Shown: piece by piece, positions 12,758 to 20,000 of the stretch
Layout: the number at the start of each line of letters is the position of its first letter
How positions within the stretch are numbered: position 1 is the stretch's first letter
Source: Neovahlkampfia damariscottae
Lineage: Eukaryota
Assembly: GCA_016618085.1 (NCBI GenBank)
Contig: JABLTG010000013.1
Coordinates: 185,357-205,356, forward strand
Reading direction: 5' to 3'
Length of the DNA stretch: 20,000 bases
The notes under the pieces: model-generated
Told to the model about the DNA's origin: nothing
The model's input: only the letters and a program-made list of their open reading frames with translations
The model's database searches: none
Made by a program: the position numbers and the translations under genes

Positions 12758-14130
12758 ATGATCTCAAAAATTCCATTGGTCAATATCAAAGTTGTTTTGT
12801 TTAAACAATACATACCAAAGGTTGAATGTATAAAACAATTTTGAACAAATTAAAATTAAAAAAATCAGCAAATTATTCCAGTGTTCCATTTTATTCTGAA
12901 GGAACATTTGTTGGAAGAGTTTATAACCCAAAAACAAAAGGTCCTTCAATTGTCTCCATGAGTAAAGGTAATTAATCAAATCATTAAAACAAATCAAAAG
13001 ATGGTCATGTTTATGATTTGACTCACTCAAAAGGAATTTCAACAGTTTCACATTTACTAACAAATTCAAATCTGGATATTGCTGGAGTTGTCAAAGAAAA
13101 TATGAAAAGAATTCAAAAAAGTAAATCACTCCAAAGAGGACAAAACTTAGGTCATATTGAAGAGATTATGGAAAATTCTTTGAAACCAGAAAAACAATTG
13201 ATAAAATTATTATCACCAGTTGATTTACAAAGTATAAAGGCATGTGGAGTTACTTTCATCACATCTCTTTTGGAAAGGTTTATTTTTGTTATTGTTTAAA
13301 ACAACAGGGTGATAGAAGAACAGGCAAAAGGAGATCCAAACAAAAGTCATGAAATTAGAAAAACATTTGACAAAGAAATTGGAAGTTCATTATCAAATAT
13401 AAAACCTGGATCTGAAGAATCTATAAAATTAAAAGAAATTTTTTTAAAAAGAAATATGTGGAGTCAATATCTTGAAGTGGGTTTGATGAAAGATTGTGAA
13501 GTTTTTACAAAAGCACAACCTATGAGTTCAGTAGGATATGGATCAAAAATTGGAATATTAAAAACATCTACTTGGAACAATCCTGAACCAGAAGTTGTAT
13601 TAGTTATTAACAACAAAGGAAAAATTGTTGGATCAACACTTGGAAATGATGTCAATTTAAGAGATTATGAAGGGAGATCAGCATTATTGCTTGGAAAAGC
13701 AAAAGATAATAATGCAAGTTGTTCTTTGGGTCCTTTCATTCGATTATTTGATTCAACTTTTACATTGGATAATGTTCGTGAATTAGAAGTTAATTTATCT
13801 ATTTCTGGGAATGATGGTTTTCAAATGAAAGGTTCTTCTTCAATGAAAGAAATTTCAAGAGATATTGAAGAGTTAGTGAGTCAAACAATTAGTAAAGAAC
13901 ATCAATATCCTGATGGATTAGTTTTATTTACAGGTACAATGTTTGCTCCAACAATGGACCGTGATACAATTGGTCAAGGTTTTACTCATAAAATTGGAGA
14001 CTTTGTTAAAATTGAAAATCAAATGTTGGGAGCTTTAGTGAACACAGTTGATCATTGTGATAAAATAGAACCTTGGGAATTTGGTTTATTGAATTTTTAC
14101 AAATATCTGTCACAAAGAAAACTAATATAA
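12758..14130 (+). CDS. xylX: Fumarylacetoacetate-hydrolase-family protein, XylX-like (2-keto-3-deoxy-pentonate dehydratase type), about 422 aa. Introns 12828-12868, 12968-13000, 13278-13307
   Basis: The spliced product has GTFVGRV...GPSIV, SPVDLQSIKACGVTF..SLLERVIEEQAKGD, WSQYLEVG, FTKAQPMSSVG, WNNPEPE, TLGNDVNLRDYEGRSALLLGKAKDNNASC, HQYPDG.VLFTGTMFAPT.DRD..GQGFTHK.GD and PWEFG, the pattern I recognise from proteobacterial XylX-type proteins. The exact first exon is less certain. Confidence 0.85.
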
Positions 14131-14235
14131 AATAAATTGAATATTTGATAATTGTTAAAACCATTTTGGCAGATTCAAAGATTCTAGGTGTGTTTCATTG
14201 GTCATTTTCAACCAATCACAAACCCAATACAACTG

Positions 14236-15877
14236 ATGACAGACGAAACAGAATCCAAAGAAACTTTGGTAGAGGAAACAGGATTTTTGCTGAGTGAATT
14301 TGATGAAACGTATTTGAATAATTTGAAGAAAATATGTTATGAAATCAGTTTTGAAAATATACAAACACACCTCAACAAGTTTTTTACTTCAAAAGAAAAA
14401 AAAAATGTTGAAAACACCATTAGAAAGGAATGTGAACCTTTAAAAGAAGATGTTTTAAAAAAAATAACCAACTTTTTTCAAGACATGATGGAAGACCAAC
14501 AATGCAACGAGTTGTTGTTGACAAAAAAAATAAAAAGAAAAACTTCAAAAGAAACTGAGAAAATTGAAGATGAAGTGAATAAACTGATTAAAAAGGGCAT
14601 CAAAAATACGAACAAACTGATTGAAGAAAGAATTGAAAGTTTCATTTTTCAAAAAATCCAAAATATAATTGATAAACAATTTTTTGAAAAACAATTTGAA
14701 GAAATTAAATCTGTTGCATCTGGAACAAAACCATCACAACTGAAAAAAACATTAAGAAACAACATTAATGGTAAATTATCAAAATTGATAAAGAATGAAA
14801 TTGAAATATTAAAATCAACAATTCAAGAAGAAACTGAATTGATATCAAGCAATCAAATTGAAAGATCAATGAATGAAATTTCTAATGAATTGGAAACATT
14901 GATCAATATGTCCAATGAACATTTGGGAGAATATGTTGATGGAGCTAAAGTGAATGCATTGATTTCTAATAACAAATCAACAGCTTATGATTATCTTCCA
15001 CCAAACCATTTTCAATTATTATCAATAATATTACCAATATTTTCTGGAAACCTTTTGGAATTTTTTCAACTGCTTGCGACAACTACTAATTTTGGAATAT
15101 TATTTGGGATCACATTTTTTCAACTTTTGTTGAGCTTTTTTATATTTCTTTATTCAAGTTTTGGTTTCATATTTTTTGATATTATACAACAAAGGTCTGC
15201 AATTTATTTTAGAAATTTGAAAAAACCAAAAATTCATCCAGATAATGATGATTGTAAATCTATGTTTTGTTATTGCTTTTGCAACATTTCAAAGTCTGCC
15301 TCACTTGCTATTTTATTATTAATTGTTATTTTTTTACAAATCATTGATACAGTGAAATATAGTTATGCAAATGTGACAAATAATTCAAATTTTAATTCAA
15401 CCATTCCAAAATAAATTTTTATCCAATCATATCATGAAGTCTTTGTTATCAAAACAATCTAAACCACAAACAATTGTCATAGGTACATTTGCAACAACCA
15501 ATTTAGTTGAATTGGGAACAGCCATCTACAACAGGGCCACTGGTGTTACGAACACAAAAAGTAATTTTTATTTGACAGTTCTGTGTGTATGCACTGGATG
15601 GTGGTCATTCATGTTGATTTTGACTGTAATATTCTCCAAAGTAACAAAACGCTGGGTTTTGAAAACAGTTCTTGATACCGATTCTTCAGATTCTTCTGAC
15701 GATGAATACAAAGCTAAAAAAAAAACTAAATATGTTGATGATGGTTGTTGGTGTCTCAGTCGAGAAAGAATGGCAACTTTCTTTAAAAAAATAGATTTTG
15801 ATTCAATGGTTCAATTTGTACTTTTTGGAGGGTGTTTTCTTGGAGTATTTTTCAACACTTTTTTGAAGAAAATTTAG
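14236..15877 (+). CDS. Hypothetical protein with an N-terminal helical/coiled-coil region and several C-terminal TM segments, interrupted at 15412-15414 (frameshift, atypical intron, or two genes)
   Basis: The ORF from ATG 14236 ends CCA AAA TAA at 15414. The +1 frame is open from there into the 147-aa hydrophobic ORF ending at 15877. CCAAT motifs at 14197-14228 precede the ATG. Confidence 0.55.
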
Positions 15878-15917
15878 GAGATTTTGACAAAATGATGTTT
15901 TTTTATTTTTCCTCAAA

Positions 15918-15980
15918 GACCAATCAGCTTTCTAAAAATTTTGGAAGAAAATAATAAACTTGGAAATGAATTGATTGGTT
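15918..15980. promoter_or_regulatory. Inverted pair of CCAAT boxes upstream of the subtilisin
   Basis: GACCAATCAG at 15918-15927 and TGATTGGTT at 15972-15980, before the ATG at 16014. Confidence 0.55.
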
Positions 15981-16013
15981 GATTCACCAAAAAAATCTGA
16001 GGAAAAACAGAAC

Positions 16014-17551
16014 ATGAAAATTTTTGTTCTCCTTCTTGCATTTATTGTCTTAGTTTCTTCAACAGAAATGTTAGAAAACAAACTTGTTGATTTCTACGGA
16101 AAAAATACAAAAGCTGATGTTATCATTTTCATGAAAGACAACTTTCAAATTTCAGAAATTCAACATGAAGGAAAATCAATTGATTCATTCACTGCTGACG
16201 AAAGAGCTGAAATTCTTGTTGATGTTTTGATGAAAAGAGCTGAAAAAACACAAAGTACTTTACAAAAAGAACTCACAGAAAAAAAACTTAAATTTGATGT
16301 TATGTGGAATGTTAACGCAATTTTAGTTAGAGCTGTACCAAAAGAAGTACTTTTACAAATCATCTCAACTAAACAAGCTTCAATCGACAACGTCATTTTA
16401 AATCATGAAGATGTCATTGATGAAGTTGAACAAAAAACAGAACAAGTCAAAGAAGTTAACGAAGTTGAATCAAACATTAAATGGGTTAAAGCTCCTGAAG
16501 CATGGGCTCTTGGACATCAAGGAAAAGGTATGATTGTTGGTGTTGGTGATACTGGTTTATTCCACACTCACGAAGCTCTTATTGATGCATACAAAGGAAC
16601 AAAAAAAGATGGTAAATTTGATCATAACTACGCATGGGGTGATCCAGGTAAGCTAAATTTAAATCATTCACATGTTTAAAGTTGGAAAAACAAAAGCTCC
16701 TTTTGATTCACACGGACATGGTACTCACTGTTCTGGTACAGTTGCTGGTGGTGGTAAAAAAGGTAGAAAAATCGGTGTTGCTCCAAAAGCAAAATTGATT
16801 CAGTAAGTTTCTTTCGAGAGATTTTTTTAACTATTATTTTTAGTTGTCGTGCTTTAGCAAATATTGCAGCTCAAATCCTTTGTATGCAATGGTGGTTAGC
16901 TCCAACAGATCGTAAGTGAATTTAACAATATTTAACAAATCCAAACTAGTTGAAGGAAAAAATCCAAAACCAAAAAAAAGACCTCATGTTGTTTCACACA
17001 GTTTCAACAATTGGTCATGTGCTCCAAGATGTTCACCACAATATAAACAAGCTACTGCTGCATTAATTACTGCTGGTATTGCTGTTGTAAACAGTGCTGG
17101 AAATCGTGGACCACGTTGTGGATCAATCAATCCAAATTCAAGATATCCAGATCAAATTTCAGTTGGTGCTCTAGCAAAAGATAGTGATGAAATTGCAAGG
17201 TTCAGTTCAAGAGGACCTAATTCAGATGATAAAAACATCTTAAAACCAGATGTTTCTGCTCCAGGTACTCAAGTTGTTTCTGCTTCAAGAACTACTTCAG
17301 GATACACAGCAATGTCAGGTACTTCAATGAGTACACCAAATGTTGCTGGAGGTATTGCTTTATTATGGGGAGCTGTTCCAGAATTACAAAGAAATATTAA
17401 ATTAACAAACAAAGTTTTAAATGAATCATCAAAAAAACAAACTTCAAACAGTTGTGAACCAAGTGGATCACCAAATGGAGTTTTTGGATACGGAACTGTC
17501 AATTATCTTAAAGCTATTCAAATGGGACAAGAAATGTTTAAAAAAAAATAA
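16014..17551 (+). CDS. Secreted subtilisin-like serine protease (S8, bacillopeptidase-F-like), about 474 aa. Introns 16648-16681, 16803-16843, 16912-16949
   Basis: Signal peptide MKIFVLLLAFIVLVSS and a prodomain. Catalytic triad VGDTG / HGHGTHCSGTVAG / SGTSMSTP, oxyanion motif NSAGN, and Bpr-type WWLAPTDLEGKNPKPKKRPHVV. Spliced CDS is 1425 nt. Confidence 0.94.
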
Positions 17552-17594
17552 ATTATTTAACGTTTCGTCTGTGAGTTAAATTACAAATTATTGA

Positions 17595-18050
17595 TTCATC
17601 CAATCAAAATTATTATTTGATGAAGGATCTTTGTTCCTTTATGGAGGAACATTAAAAGGTGCATTATTCAATTTTTAAATTTTAGATTCACAAATTGCCG
17701 ACTCTGCTGTTCATGAATTTAACATTTCTGAAGGAAAATGGATAAAACATGAGAACAAACGTCTCAAATTGTACTGCCTCAAAGAACCAAATTTTCGTAT
17801 ATCGAGGTATAGATGAGTATGTTTATAATTCTATTTTTTTAATTTTTTGAAGAAATAATGAAACCTCAAATTGTTTTCAAATATTTGAACTGAATAAAAA
17901 AGACTTCAGAAAATTACCTAATGAAGTTATTCCACCACTTTCATGTCATTGTTCAATTGCTGATGGTGATAAGATTTATATTTATGGAGGTTTAGATTCA
18001 TTTGGAGTTGCTCAAAACAAACTTTATTCTTACAACATAAAATCTGACAG
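17595..18050 (+). pseudogene. Degraded Kelch-repeat gene fragment with relict introns (17659-17685, 17817-17852)
   Basis: Three blade remnants: SLFLYGGTLK..VHEFNISEGKW, FVY(R)GIDE..CFQIFEL and PPLSCHCSIADGDKIYIYGGLDSFGVAQNKLYSYNIKSD. There is no start codon, the frame breaks near 17760-17795, and there is no intact 3' end. Confidence 0.7.
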
Positions 18051-18107
18051 ATTAAAGGAAGAAGTATTAAAAAAACTGATATCATTGGATTTAACAATGG
18101 TTGAACC

Positions 18108-19082
18108 AATATATTTTTGACTATCGTCAATTTCAACTTTTGGTGTTTCTACTTTTCTTAATTGATTTTTTGTGTAATTTGCAGGAATTCCTTTTAATTG
18201 ATATAACAGAGGCTGATTTGGTGCCAATATGATATTTTCAATTTCATGAAGTTCTTCGCTCCATCTAATATCTGTTTTTCTAAATTTTGAATCTAATTTC
18301 TTTCCAATTGCTGGATTTATTGGGTAATTCAAAGCTACTCTTACTTTATCACCAGTTTCTAATGTTATTTGAGCAGCAAATGTCACAATCTTTTAAGTAT
18401 TCTTGACAGCGATTTTTCATGTTTAGGAATTTGACGTTATAAACATATTTGAGCGTTGATAACATTGTATTAACTCCACCATGGGTAAAATGTGCTTTTT
18501 CCATGTAAGAAAGGATTTCTTCTTCATTAACAATTTCTTTAGTTAAATTTGAAGTTGGACACCCATTTTCTATTGGTGCATTTATTCTTTAATTCTTCAA
18601 TCGCCTGCAATTCAAATAATTTTACCAAGAATTCCATTGAAACTTTCAACAATTGCTTGTTGTTTGTGGTGATTCGGTAATGAACGACGAATTCCAATTT
18701 TATTGTCTTTTGCAAATTTATTAAATACTCCTTTAAACTCTGAGTCACTATCAACTTGAAAGAAATGTTTTGGTATATTTAAATAATTCCTTTTATATAT
18801 CTTTTTTAATGCTTTTACTATTTTATCTGGAGTCTTTGTTGAAATTGCTTCTGCATGTCTCAAAAATCATCAATTACTGTTAAACAATATTTTTGCTTGT
18901 TATTGTGGGGTAAATATAAAAGGTCCAATTGATGAATAGAATCTCTTTCAATTGCAGTGTGATGAGGAGTATTAATAGCCCTGTTTTTTTTTTGGTTGTT
19001 CTATCAAATCTTGCACATATTTGGACTCTTTTTCTGAAATATTTAATCTCTTCTTTATATTTTCAGATAATTTGCTCATCAT
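18108..19082 (-). pseudogene. Retroviral-like (rve, DDE) integrase of Polinton/PLV type, frameshifted and interrupted
   Basis: Reconstructed across frames: MMSKLSE...HQLDLLYLPHNNKQKYCLTVIDDF / RHAEAISTKTPDKIVKALKKIY..FQVDSDSEFKG..HKQQAIVESFNGILGK / LFELQAIEEL..NRKWVSN // LETGDKVRVALNYP..KFRKTDIRWS..IILAPNQPLLYQL..YTKNQL..QKYI. Spacing is D..D-x34-E. Frameshifts lie near 18990, 18865 and 18620. Confidence 0.85.
18370..18550 (-). mobile_element. Integrase HHCC (H2C2) zinc-binding domain fragment nested inside the rve integrase
   Basis: A frame not listed in the ORF track reads KEIVNEEEILSYMEKAHFTHGGVNTMLSTLKYVYNVKFLNMKNRCQEYLKDCDICC, i.e. H-x2-H-x31-C-x2-C, out of frame with both flanking integrase pieces. 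Confidence 0.7.
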
Positions 19083-19110
19083 AAATTTATAATATAAAAT
19101 TAATAGTATT

Positions 19111-19621
19111 TTAGGTAAATAATATTAAATAATATTGCGAATTATTTTGATTAATAAATTTTTGATGTTTAATTGTTTTTTCGTGCCTCACTTTTTCACC
19201 TATTGATAATATTGAACCACAATCACATTTGTATTTTATTGAAAGATTATCTTGATAATATTGTTTTTGATACTGTTCAATTTTATATTTATTACATTCT
19301 TTATATTCTTTTTGTGTTCTTGACGGAATAACTTTATTAACACAATTTATTTGTTCAATCCATTTTCGTTCATAATAATTCAATTGGTCTTTATTTTCAC
19401 AATCTTTAATTTCTTTTAATAATATTATTGAATAATTATTATTTTCAAGAACTTTAAAAGATGTCATATATCTATACTTTCCTTTTTTATAACATTTAAT
19501 ATCCTGAACATGTTGATTTAGTTGTTGGCATAATCTTGGCTTACAAGTTGCACCAACATAGTTTAATCCTGTTGTATTGCACTATTTTATAATTTTTAGC
19601 TTGTGAGTAATTGATAACCAT
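19111..19621 (-). pseudogene. GIY-YIG endonuclease of large-DNA-virus/PLV type with a C-terminal CxC...H..H motif; one frameshift near 19581
   Basis: MVINYSQAKNYKIV / CNTTGLNYVGATCKPRLCQQLNQH...YMTSFKVLENNNYSIILL...NKDQLNYYERKWIE..CVNKVIPSRTQKEY...KCDCGS...RHEKTIKH, matching the viral pattern GKIYKI..YIGST..L..R...H..E..N. Confidence 0.8.
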
Positions 19622-19696
19622 TTTTAACTTTTTCTAACTTATTGTATTTTTTAATTATTTCTTTAAGTCATTTTCGTAAATTTTTTGAGCAAATTT

Positions 19697-19706
19697 AACC
19701 AATCAA
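19697..19706 (+). promoter_or_regulatory. CCAAT box (AACCAATCAA) marking the return to host-type sequence
   Basis: ACCAATCAATTTTTT, identical to the element before exportin-5, lies about 63 nt before the ATG at 19766. Confidence 0.5.
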
Positions 19707-19765
19707 TTTTTTATTATTAAAATCTAATCAATTAATCTCAAAAAAACAATTCTTCAAATAAAAAA

Positions 19766-20000
19766 ATGTCTGAACCTGATATTTTGGAAGAAAAAGATGA
19801 CCAAATGGAGTCAGAAGAAATAATTGAAACTACAGAGGAAGAACGAAAAGCCAAACTTTTAAAAAAAATAAAATGACGAAAAAAAAATTGAAAAACTTGG
19901 ACATTATGAAGAAAAGGATATTTTGAGATTAACAGAAAATCAATGGAAAGAAAAATTTGGTGTAGATGAAGGAATACTTTACTTCAATCGTATTTCCGAA
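19766..20000 (+). pseudogene. 5' part of a gene running off the window, with a +1 frame break at 19870-19876
   Basis: MSEPDILEEKDDQMESEE...LLKKIK stops at TGA 19874-19876. The +1 frame continues DEKKIEKLGHYEEKDILRLTENQWKEKFGVDEGILYFNRISE to the window end. It could be a real gene with an assembly indel. Confidence 0.45.

Larger units (their letters stand above)
18108..19670 (-). mobile_element. Degraded Polinton/Maverick- or Polinton-like-virus-derived segment (GIY-YIG endonuclease plus rve integrase)
   Basis: Two intronless tandem minus-strand genes 28 bp apart, both frameshifted and both of families typical of Polintons, PLVs and virophages. No TIR, TSD, capsid or PolB is visible, so the boundaries are approximate. 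Confidence 0.7.

Noticed and set aside
12791..12820. Possible extra stopless 30-nt intron (GTTGTT...CAAAG) in xylX exon 1
   Set aside because: The donor is atypical and the frame is preserved either way. It cannot be decided without cDNA, so it was not included in the model.
19660..19669. GACTTAAAGA on the minus strand about 40 nt upstream of the GIY-YIG ATG, as a possible viral promoter motif
   Set aside because: A single short AT-rich occurrence that is not repeated before the integrase; insufficient support.
18050..19700. Terminal inverted repeats or target-site duplication for the viral-type element
   Set aside because: I found no convincing inverted or direct repeat pair by eye at either approximate boundary.
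1..20000. Alternative genetic code, bacterial origin of the contig, CRISPR array, tRNA or rRNA genes
   Set aside because: All in-frame stops in the conserved genes are explained by canonical introns, and the genes are eukaryotic and spliced. No repeat-spacer array or structured RNA gene signature was seen.

Overview
AT-rich, very gene-dense nuclear DNA from a microbial eukaryote using the standard genetic code; the taxon cannot be determined from the sequence. The supplied ORFs are fragments of genes split by 23 tiny GT-AG introns (30-43 nt), which I spliced by hand. Positions 1-17551 hold nine host genes: a 5'-truncated LYST-like PH-BEACH-WD40 protein, exportin-5, a small predicted mitochondrial membrane protein, a coiled-coil protein, a gamma-butyrobetaine/trimethyllysine-type 2OG dioxygenase, an ALDH, a bacterial-type XylX-like FAH-family dehydratase, a split membrane-protein ORF and a secreted bacillopeptidase-F-like subtilisin. 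From about 17.6 kb the sequence is decayed mosaic DNA: a Kelch pseudogene, then an intronless, frameshifted GIY-YIG plus rve-integrase module of Polinton/Polinton-like-virus type with a foreign HHCC integrase fragment nested in it, then a frameshifted gene start. The best leads are the dioxygenase-ALDH-xylX metabolic trio and the endogenous viral remnant. All family assignments come from motifs recognised by eye, not from database searches.
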